Below the pieces are notes generated by a model. That model made no database searches, was not told the DNA's origin, and saw only the letters and a program-made list of their open reading frames with translations. The position numbers and the translations under genes are program-made. DNA of 64,000 bases, taken from contig CAXGAI010000005.1 in NCBI GenBank assembly GCA_964007735.1, positions 1-64,000 on the forward strand, given 5' to 3'. This document shows, in pieces, positions 27,419-35,532 of this stretch (its first letter is position 1; each line of letters opens with the position of its first letter). The stretch is from an uncultured Rhodopirellula sp. GTDB taxonomy: Bacteria; Planctomycetota; Planctomycetia; Pirellulales; Pirellulaceae.

Positions 27419-30246
27419 TGAATTATCTTCCTACATTATTAGGTGTTGCTGTATTACTGCCCTTAAGTGCGTTTTTTGTAAACCTCTTTTTAGGTCACAC
27501 CCTACGGCGCAAAGGACAAAGTAAACTCGCAGCTTTTGTCTCGCTGTCGGCAATTGCTGGTGCAGCCGGGCTTTCGTTTATTTCTTTGTTTGTCTGGCTC
27601 GCAGCGGAAAATGGAGAAGTTACAAATCGAACGGCATTGAGTGATCTGAAGAAATCTAATAAAGAGCATCTTCAGCACTTGGAAGAACAGGCAAGTTCTA
27701 ACGCTAGTCACCATGACCACGAGGACCACGAGGACCAGGCTCATGATGTTGAAGGGGAGCAGGCATCCGTTTTATCAGGTGGTCAATTCTATACAGCCTT
27801 CGTTGAAGAGGAACATGCTGCCGAAAATGCTGAAGGTCATGACGAGGGTAATCACGATCATCCTGATGGAAACCATGGAGATAGTGCACATGCTGACCAT
27901 GGTCACGCTCATGGCCCTACTTTTAAAGCAGCTTCGGGTGAATACTATACGCTGGGAACCTTCGGGGCGCTTAAGCTTTCGATCGGCTATTACATCGATT
28001 CACTGACGATTGCTATGTTCTGTATGGTGACATTCATTGCAACACTGATTCATTGGTATGCATCTAAATATATGGATGATGAGTTGCCGGAAAGTAAACG
28101 CGATCATCATGTCGATCCGGAAAAGCACCGCTTTTTAGGTTACTTCTACAACGCGAAACTAACCGGTGGCGATGATCACGATGACCATGGGCATCACGAT
28201 GACCACCATGATGATCATCACGATGGTCACGAGCATGACGGTGAAGATGTCAGTGAAGAGGATTATGACTTCGTTGATCATGAAGTCGTTATGCCAGATG
28301 GCAGTCATTGCCACCGAAAAGGTCGCTATCCACGGTTCTTTCAGGCATTGTCACTTTTTTGTTTCAGTATGCTCGGATTGGTATTGGCCGGAAATATTGC
28401 CATGACCTTTGTGTTCTGGGAATTGGTCGGGATTTGCTCGTTTTTCCTGATTGGTTTTTATGTGGAACGCAAGAGTGCTTCGACTGCCGCTAATAAAGCT
28501 TTTATTGCTAACCGAGTCGGTGACTTTGGAATGATCATTGGTTTGATGATTTTCTGGACCGGTTTTGGGACGTTTAATTACGACGAGCTATTCGAGGACA
28601 TGAAAAAAGCGGGAACGCCTACCCAAGTTTTGGCTTCCTACGGTCATGACCATAATGGAATTGAAACCTCGATTCCTTCTGGTTTTGCGACGGAATTTTA
28701 CGAAGACGAAATTCAGGCCTATGCGGGTGAGCATGGCGTATCAGAGCACGAAGCTTTGACGGCGATCAACGAAGTTCGAGCTGAAGAAGGTAAGTCACCA
28801 CTGGGCTATTGGCTGATGATTGTTGGTGGACTGGGTATCTTTTGTGGTTGTGTTGGTAAGAGTGCTCAGTTCCCACTACACATATGGCTTCCGGATGCGA
28901 TGGAAGGTCCAACGCCTGTTTCGGCTCTTGTACACTCAGCAACGATGGTCGCGGCGGGTGTATTCCTTGTGGGCAGATTCTTTCCGATGTTAGTTCCCGA
29001 AGCATTATTTGTCATTGCGATTATTGGAACCATTACGCTCTTTATTGGAGCTACCATTGCGATCGTTGCGACCGACATCAAGAAAGTCCTGGCTTATTCT
29101 ACGATTTCGCAACTTGGCTATATGATCATGGCTCTTGGCGTTGGTGGTTGGGTTGCTGGGTTGATGCACTTGTTTACTCATGCATTTTTCAAATCGTTGC
29201 TTTTCATGGGATCTGGTTCAGTCATTCATGCGGTGCACACCAATGAAATGACCGAGATGGGTGGTTTACGAAAGAAGATTCCAATTACTGCCTGGACAAT
29301 GTTTATTGCCTGCTTGGCCATTGCAGGAGCTGGAATTCCATTTGTCCTTGGTACGAGTGGGTATTATTCAAAAGATGCGATTCTTGAGCAGGCATTCAGT
29401 TGGGGTGACCATAACGGCTGGGGATTTGGTGGTCCATTCTTCTGGATTGCATTAGGAAGTGCTGCAATCACAGCCTTTTATATGTTCCGTATGTGGTTCA
29501 TGACGTTTGTTGGTAAGCCGCGGGATGAAGAAAGATTTTCGCATGCACACGAATATCCACGAATGGTTCATCCATTGTTGATTTTGTCCGTGATGGCGAT
29601 TGGTGTTGCCTGGGCAAATCCGCTTTCGCCTGGAACGGAACTTGGTTACCTGTTGGAAGCAGCTCGTCCCGAAGCTGTCGCGGGGCAGACGCTGGCGGGT
29701 TTAGGTTCTGACGTTGTTGTACCTGATGAACACCTGAGTCATATGAGTCGCGTGAAAGTGCCGGTAACATTACTGGCGACTTTGTCAGGTGTGATTGGTA
29801 TTGCTCTGGCGTTTCTGATGTATGCGACTCCAGCTAATAAATTCTTAAAAGCTTCTGAAGTGCAGGCGCAATTTGGAGGAGTTCACAACTTCTTGCGGAA
29901 TAAATGGTGGTTTGACGAGCTGTATGACTTCCTGTTCGTACGACCTTCAAAGGTGATTGGGGGATTTGCCTCAGCCATTGATAAGAACATATTTGATACG
30001 ATCATCCACTTCACAGCGAGAGCGGCCAAAAAGGTTGCCAACGTATGGACGAAGATTTTGGATGGATTCGTGATTGATGGATTCGTTGACTGGCTGGGCC
30101 GCTCGGTTTACCGGGTTGGCACTTCACTGCGACGGGTCCAAACCGGAAATCTGCGTCAATACGTGTTATTCATTGTGATTGGAGCAGTGGCAATTTTTGT
30201 CTTTGTTAGCTTTATGTGGGATCCGGCTGCGGCCAGCACCAAGTAA
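27418..30246 (+). CDS. nuoL: Complex I subunit NuoL, 942 aa, with His-rich inserts and an extended lateral helix
   Basis: FWELVGICSFFLIGF, NRVGD, GKSAQFPLHIWLPDAMEGPTPVSALVHS, KVLAYSTISQLG, HAFFKSLLF and QTGNLRQY. Confidence 0.96.
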   Translation: MNYLPTLLGVAVLLPLSAFFVNLFLGHTLRRKGQSKLAAFVSLSAIAGAAGLSFISLFVWLAAENGEVTNRTALSDLKKSNKEHLQHLEEQASSNASHHDHEDHEDQAHDVEGEQASVLSGGQFYTAFVEEEHAAENAEGHDEGNHDHPDGNHGDSAHADHGHAHGPTFKAASGEYYTLGTFGALKLSIGYYIDSLTIAMFCMVTFIATLIHWYASKYMDDELPESKRDHHVDPEKHRFLGYFYNAKLTGGDDHDDHGHHDDHHDDHHDGHEHDGEDVSEEDYDFVDHEVVMPDGSHCHRKGRYPRFFQALSLFCFSMLGLVLAGNIAMTFVFWELVGICSFFLIGFYVERKSASTAANKAFIANRVGDFGMIIGLMIFWTGFGTFNYDELFEDMKKAGTPTQVLASYGHDHNGIETSIPSGFATEFYEDEIQAYAGEHGVSEHEALTAINEVRAEEGKSPLGYWLMIVGGLGIFCGCVGKSAQFPLHIWLPDAMEGPTPVSALVHSATMVAAGVFLVGRFFPMLVPEALFVIAIIGTITLFIGATIAIVATDIKKVLAYSTISQLGYMIMALGVGGWVAGLMHLFTHAFFKSLLFMGSGSVIHAVHTNEMTEMGGLRKKIPITAWTMFIACLAIAGAGIPFVLGTSGYYSKDAILEQAFSWGDHNGWGFGGPFFWIALGSAAITAFYMFRMWFMTFVGKPRDEERFSHAHEYPRMVHPLLILSVMAIGVAWANPLSPGTELGYLLEAARPEAVAGQTLAGLGSDVVVPDEHLSHMSRVKVPVTLLATLSGVIGIALAFLMYATPANKFLKASEVQAQFGGVHNFLRNKWWFDELYDFLFVRPSKVIGGFASAIDKNIFDTIIHFTARAAKKVANVWTKILDGFVIDGFVDWLGRSVYRVGTSLRRVQTGNLRQYVLFIVIGAVAIFVFVSFMWDPAAASTK

Positions 30247-30330
30247 GGCATTTTAGAAACTAACTAAACGAAACACTTTTTCCTACAACTCGAAGCACAA
30301 TGCTTCATCCAAAACTGGAAGAGTAAACAC

Positions 30331-32160
30331 ATGTTTATAATAAGCTTAATTGTATTTTTACCAACTCTTGGAGCACTCGCGATTGCCTTCATGCCAAGCA
30401 AGAAGGATGAGAACGGTGTGAACGATAAAGAAAATCAGAACCTGTTGCTTGGTGCGACGTTGACGTTTGGTATTCTTACGTTCCTCGTTACGCTGGGGGC
30501 GTTTCTCTTCGGTGAGGAAACCGCTTTTAATGCAGAGGCGGAATTCATGCAGAATGCATTTAGTGCTGATTGGATTCCTTCGTTCAACATTGCTTACGCA
30601 ATGGGACTCGATGGAATTAGTTTCCCTCTGATTTTGTTGACCACGGGGGTTAGTATTCTTGCGATTCTGGCTAGCTGGTCCATTAAGAAACACGTGAAAG
30701 CTTACTGTATCCTGTTTTTGCTTTTGGAAACCGGGATGATCGGAGTTTTTCTGGCGTTGGATTTCTTCCTGTTCTATGTGTTTTGGGAAGTGATGCTTCT
30801 GCCGATGTATTTCCTGATCGGTATCTGGGGTGGTCCCCGTCGTGAATACGCGGCGATTAAGTTTTTCCTTTATACTCTACTCGGTTCTGTTTTGATGCTC
30901 ATCGCCATTCTGATGATCTACTTCAACAGTGACCTCACTTTGCTTGACCCTTCCATTTTGACAGCGTTGACCGATCAGGGCGTGATCTCTGCCAGTGTGG
31001 CCGACACAGTGGCGAATGCCACAGAGCCTGTTCATACTTTCAACTTAGTCGCGTTAGCTGAATTGGCACAGACAACAGACTGCTTCAGTACTGAACTTCA
31101 GTGGTGGTGTTTCCTGTTACTGTTTATTGGATTTATTGTCAAAGTCCCATCTTTCCCAGTGCATACCTGGTTGCCGGATGCCCACGTGGAAGCTCCAACA
31201 CCAATTTCAATGATTCTGGCTGGTGTGCTCCTAAAGATGGGGGGATACGGTATCATTCGCATCTGTTATCCGATTTGTCCGGCTGGTGGTCTGGAACTTT
31301 CCTATGTCGTTGTTGGTCTCGGTGTCTTTAGTATGGTTTACGGAGCGTTCGCAGCTCTGGCTCAGACAGACTTCAAGCGAGTTGTTGCCTACAGTTCCGT
31401 CAGTCACATGGGATATGTTGTCGTTGGATTCGGCGTCTGGACCATGATGGGTAACGGTGACTACTGGAAGATGGGAATTACCGGTGCGATGTACCAGATG
31501 ATTGGCCATGGTATTTCATCAGCCGGTATGTTTTTCATGGTAGGCATCATCTATGACCGAGTACATCACCGTAACCTTAACGAGTTTGGTGGACTTTATG
31601 GTCTGATGCCGAAATATACCGCTTTAGCCATGGGACTTTTCTTTGCCGGTCTTGGACTTCCCGGACTATGTGGATTTATTGGCGAAGTTTTAGTTGTCCT
31701 GAGTGTTTGGCGTTTCAGCCCGTTACTGGCCATTATATCGGCGAGTGTTGTGATATTCACAGCTGGCTATATCCTCTGGACTCTGCAGCGTGTTTATTTG
31801 GGACCGGAGTATAAAGGCCCGCATGCTGAAGAGATTAAGCCGATTAACTCACGAGAATTTTCAACAGGGGCCATCCTGTTGGCACTAGCTATTTTCTTCG
31901 GGGTATTTCCGAATACTTTGATCCAGTACATGGAAACAACGGTTGGTGAGCAAGTTACTTCTTTGAATGAATGGCGAGTCGGTTATGAAGACGCTTTGGC
32001 ACAAGCCGAGGACGTCGAAGAATCCGAAGAAGGAGTGGATGAGGAAGACCAAGACGCTGGTGAAGACGCTGGTGAAGACGCTGGTGAAGAGGAAGAAGCT
32101 CAGAGTGAAGGTGAAACTGCCAATAACACGGAGCTTTCAGAGCTTGCTCTGGCAAACTAG
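30331..32160 (+). CDS. nuoM: Complex I subunit NuoM (acidic C-terminal tail)
   Basis: GLDGIS, FWEVMLLPMY, KVPSFPVHTWLPDAHVEAPT, LLKMGGYG, AYSSVSHMG and FIGE. Confidence 0.96.
   Translation: MFIISLIVFLPTLGALAIAFMPSKKDENGVNDKENQNLLLGATLTFGILTFLVTLGAFLFGEETAFNAEAEFMQNAFSADWIPSFNIAYAMGLDGISFPLILLTTGVSILAILASWSIKKHVKAYCILFLLLETGMIGVFLALDFFLFYVFWEVMLLPMYFLIGIWGGPRREYAAIKFFLYTLLGSVLMLIAILMIYFNSDLTLLDPSILTALTDQGVISASVADTVANATEPVHTFNLVALAELAQTTDCFSTELQWWCFLLLFIGFIVKVPSFPVHTWLPDAHVEAPTPISMILAGVLLKMGGYGIIRICYPICPAGGLELSYVVVGLGVFSMVYGAFAALAQTDFKRVVAYSSVSHMGYVVVGFGVWTMMGNGDYWKMGITGAMYQMIGHGISSAGMFFMVGIIYDRVHHRNLNEFGGLYGLMPKYTALAMGLFFAGLGLPGLCGFIGEVLVVLSVWRFSPLLAIISASVVIFTAGYILWTLQRVYLGPEYKGPHAEEIKPINSREFSTGAILLALAIFFGVFPNTLIQYMETTVGEQVTSLNEWRVGYEDALAQAEDVEESEEGVDEEDQDAGEDAGEDAGEEEEAQSEGETANNTELSELALAN
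32051..32090. repeat. 12-bp tandem repeat AAGACGCTGGTG x3 (EDAG) in the NuoM tail
   Basis: Direct read. Confidence 0.85.
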
Positions 32161-32225
32161 CCTTACTGACCAATACAACGAATCGCGGTTTTGTGAATTA
32201 AGAACTTTCCCAAAGTTAAAAACTA

Positions 32226-34013
32226 ATGGTAGCAACATCTGACTTTTATCAACTGATTGACGCCCTGAAAGCGGATTCGGCAAATAGCCTCGGGCTTTTC
32301 ATGCCAGAGATCACGTTGTCTGTCTTTATCGCACTGTTTTTAGCAGTGCGGCTGGTTACCAGTAAATTAGATCTGTTTTGGGTCGCTTTGGCCGGAGCGG
32401 TCGTCGGTCTGATCTCAAGTAATCCCCTACAGCTTCTTGACGGTAGCCTTGTAAGTGAAGAGTTGTTTACCGGTTTGCTGGTTCACGATGGTTTGACGGT
32501 TGCGATTCGCTCCATTCTCATGCTTTTCCTGGTATTGTTCCTTGTCTTTACGAAGATTTCGGGTGTGCCGGACAAGGAAGATGGAGCCGATGTCTATTCA
32601 TTGGTCTTTGGTTCCACTCTGGGTATGTGCCTGATGGCTTCGGCCAATCACCTGCTGATTGTATTTATGGCGATCGAAATGGCCGGTGTTCCATCCTATG
32701 TTCTTGCCGGACTCATCAAAGGTCGCAAACGAGGTAGTGAATCGGCTTTGAAATATGCAATTTACGGTGCTGGTGCTGCCGGAGTTATGCTTTATGGTAT
32801 TTCCCTGATCGTTGGTTTGACCGGTACCGCTCATTTACCAACGATGGCGTTGGCACTGGTAGAAATCATTCCTGCGGCGGGGCTTGGAGAACAGGCGGTG
32901 CTTTGTCTGGCAGCGGTAATGATTGCTGTTGGAATTGCATTCAAACTATCGGCTGTTCCCTTCCATTTCTGGGCTCCGGATGTTTTTCATGGTGCTTGTG
33001 CAGAAGTAAATGCATTTTTAAGTGTGGCCTCAAAGGCTGCTGCTTTAGCCTTGTTACTGCGACTAGCAGTTGGCCTCGGTTCGGTGCCACTCAATGATAT
33101 TGACCAGCCTCAAGCGGAAGAGGTTCATCAGGAAGCAGTTTTGAATGACGTTCCGACCACGCACATGGTGGCCTTTGAAAATGAAAATGTGGAGGGTGGA
33201 TCTTCTGAAGCAGCTGAAGTGGTTGAAACTGCCCCTGCCGGGGAAGCGGTTGTAGAACATGACCCTCGTGTAGAGGTCAAACAGGCTTATGATGAAGCAT
33301 TGACTCCGGTTCGTAACTTTATCAGTTTGCTGGTGGCCTTCTTTGCTGTTGTCACAGCTACATTTGGTAATTTGGCTGCTTACGGGCAAACGAATATCAA
33401 ACGACTTTTGGCTTATTCGACGATTGCTCATGCCGGTTATATGATGATGGCGATTTCGCCTCTGATGGTGATGCTGGGAACGGACAACAATGCAGCCGAA
33501 GAAGCGGCTAGTGCTCTTATTCAATATCTAGTGGTTTATGTGTTTCTAAATTTGGGAGCATTTTCCATCATCGCATTCCTGCGAAATTATGTTGGAAGTG
33601 AAGAAATTGAGGACTATTCCGGTATGGTCAAGAGCCGACCTGTTTTGGTTATCTGTTTGGCTTTAATTTTCTTTAGCCTTGTAGGGCTTCCACCGCTTTC
33701 CGGCTTCCTTGGGAAGTTTGCAATTTTTGCTTCGCTGGCGGATGGATATAGTACCGTTGGTTCTAAAGTTCTGCTGATCCTTCTCCTGGCCGGAGGCATA
33801 AACACGGCGATCAGTCTTTTCTATTATCTGGGTGTCATTAAAACGATGGTGATGGGTGAAACGAATGAAGAACATCACTTTGGTGACCGGCCCGTAGGTA
33901 AAATTGAACTAACCTATGTGATTCTGATAACGATTCCAACGGTCTTCCTGATTGTTTGTTGGCAATGGGTGGCTGGATTTGCTGACGAAGCGGTAAAGAA
34001 TTTCATCAGCTAA
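32226..34013 (+). CDS. nuoN: Complex I subunit NuoN (with acidic insert)
   Basis: AIEM, ESALKY, FKLSAVPFHFWAPDV, ASKAA, KRLLAYSTIAHAGY, GLPP..GFLGK and YYL. Confidence 0.95.
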   Translation: MVATSDFYQLIDALKADSANSLGLFMPEITLSVFIALFLAVRLVTSKLDLFWVALAGAVVGLISSNPLQLLDGSLVSEELFTGLLVHDGLTVAIRSILMLFLVLFLVFTKISGVPDKEDGADVYSLVFGSTLGMCLMASANHLLIVFMAIEMAGVPSYVLAGLIKGRKRGSESALKYAIYGAGAAGVMLYGISLIVGLTGTAHLPTMALALVEIIPAAGLGEQAVLCLAAVMIAVGIAFKLSAVPFHFWAPDVFHGACAEVNAFLSVASKAAALALLLRLAVGLGSVPLNDIDQPQAEEVHQEAVLNDVPTTHMVAFENENVEGGSSEAAEVVETAPAGEAVVEHDPRVEVKQAYDEALTPVRNFISLLVAFFAVVTATFGNLAAYGQTNIKRLLAYSTIAHAGYMMMAISPLMVMLGTDNNAAEEAASALIQYLVVYVFLNLGAFSIIAFLRNYVGSEEIEDYSGMVKSRPVLVICLALIFFSLVGLPPLSGFLGKFAIFASLADGYSTVGSKVLLILLLAGGINTAISLFYYLGVIKTMVMGETNEEHHFGDRPVGKIELTYVILITIPTVFLIVCWQWVAGFADEAVKNFIS

Positions 34014-34048
34014 GCAAAGATTAGGCAAGACAAAACGGATAGTAAAAA

Positions 34049-34480
34049 ATGAGCAGCACAATCGATATCCTGAACCGAATTCTGGGCGTCTATAACGCGT
34101 CACTCGTTGCATACATCAAATACGCGGAGCCGTGGGTGGCCCATGGGCAGGAAGAATCAATGGCGCTGGTTTTTGATGCTATCGAAGATCAGGAACGAAG
34201 TGTCAAAATTTTGGGGGAACGAATCCTCGAACTGGGAGGAATCGTACAGCCAGGAGCCTTTCCCTTGACATTTACCAGCTTCCACGATGTTTCTCTTGAT
34301 TACCTTCTCAATGTCCTGCTTGTCACGCAACAAGATGACATTGATCTCATTCAGCAGTGTGTTGATTCGCTAGAAACAGATACGCGTGACCGTGCGATTG
34401 CTGAAGAGGTTCTCGGTAACGCTCAAGCCCATCTGGAAACCTTCCAGGAAATCATCTCGGGCGACACAGCTAAGGCATAA
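34049..34480 (+). CDS. Ferritin-like four-helix-bundle protein, last gene of the nuo operon
   Basis: IDILNRIL, ERILELGG (compare bacterioferritin ERILFLEG) and C-terminal helix NAQAHL; ferroxidase ligands look degenerate. Confidence 0.65.
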   Translation: MSSTIDILNRILGVYNASLVAYIKYAEPWVAHGQEESMALVFDAIEDQERSVKILGERILELGGIVQPGAFPLTFTSFHDVSLDYLLNVLLVTQQDDIDLIQQCVDSLETDTRDRAIAEEVLGNAQAHLETFQEIISGDTAKA

Positions 34481-34502
34481 CACCATTTCTTATGCCATTT
34501 TT
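34474..34502 (+). terminator. Probable terminator of the nuo operon
   Basis: GGCATAA-9 nt-TTATGCC followed by ATTTTT. Confidence 0.55.
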
Positions 34503-34527
34503 GAATGGGATGATGATCTAAGTGTAC

Positions 34528-35358
34528 TTAGCTGGTCATGCGATTGAATAATCGGTAGGTGTTTTCAACGGTATGCTTGGCAAGTGTTTGCAGTGGTATT
34601 TCTTTGGCATCAGCTAGACACTGAGCAGTATGTAACATAAAAGCAGGTTGGTTTGGCCGATTACTTCTCAAAGGGTGCGGTGACAGGTAGGGGCTGTCGG
34701 TTTCTACAAGCATTCGATCTAGCGGAATCGCCGCTGCGACTTTTCGCAGCGGCTCATTTTTTTTGAATGTAACCATGCCGGCGAATGAGATATACATTCC
34801 CAATTCCAGACATTTTTCAGCCATCGCCAGATCTCCCGTAAACGAATGCATGACGCCTCTTAAAGGCCCTCTTGCTCGAGCTTCGATGAGCATGTCTAAA
34901 ATATCCTGTTCGCACTCTCGCATGTGCACGACGAATGGAATGCCCGTTTTCTGACTCAGTCGGATATGTCGATCAAAATAGTCCTGCTGTAGATCAAATG
35001 GACAAAAGTCCCAGTATCGATCGAGTCCGGTTTCTCCCAAGGCAACAACTCTGGGGTGTTTGGTCATTTTAACGATGCGATCCCAGTGATCTAATGCCGC
35101 GTCACTCGTGTAATTAGGATGAATACCTACTGACGCAAAGACATTGTTATATATCGAAGTTAAATAAAGGCACTTTTGGCTTGACCCCCAACTGCAGCCA
35201 ATTGAAATCATCTGGTGAATGCCCGCGCGCCGTGTATTTTCCATGATTGTTGCACGAATCCCGTCGAATTGATCGCTGTCGAGGTGCGAATGGGTATCGA
35301 TGAGCGGTATGTCGTTGGTGATTTGAGTGGAAGGCATTACTTCAAAGCAAGTGTGCAT
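34528..35358 (-). CDS. tatD: TatD family metal-dependent DNase
   Basis: IDTHSHL, GIHP, GETGLD, VHMRE, HSFTG and ETDSPYL; true start may be a few codons downstream. Confidence 0.93.
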   Translation of the reverse strand: MHTCFEVMPSTQITNDIPLIDTHSHLDSDQFDGIRATIMENTRRAGIHQMISIGCSWGSSQKCLYLTSIYNNVFASVGIHPNYTSDAALDHWDRIVKMTKHPRVVALGETGLDRYWDFCPFDLQQDYFDRHIRLSQKTGIPFVVHMRECEQDILDMLIEARARGPLRGVMHSFTGDLAMAEKCLELGMYISFAGMVTFKKNEPLRKVAAAIPLDRMLVETDSPYLSPHPLRSNRPNQPAFMLHTAQCLADAKEIPLQTLAKHTVENTYRLFNRMTS

Positions 35359-35532
35359 ACATAAAGAGCGCGTTTGTGTACGTATCTTAGATTAGCTCAA
35401 AGCGAGTCATCCTCCAATTGCAAGCCGCTTTTTTGTTTATCAAAGGCGATGGTAACGCCTGGGATTATAGTTCGTTACAATGGATACTTTGAGAAACCAA
35501 CCAAGTCCTGAGGCTCACAGGAATCTGACATC

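Noticed and set aside
27418..34013. Mrp Na+/H+ antiporter operon
   Set aside because: The antiporter-like subunits sit with nuoA, C, D, H, I, J and K, and there is no mrpE/F/G
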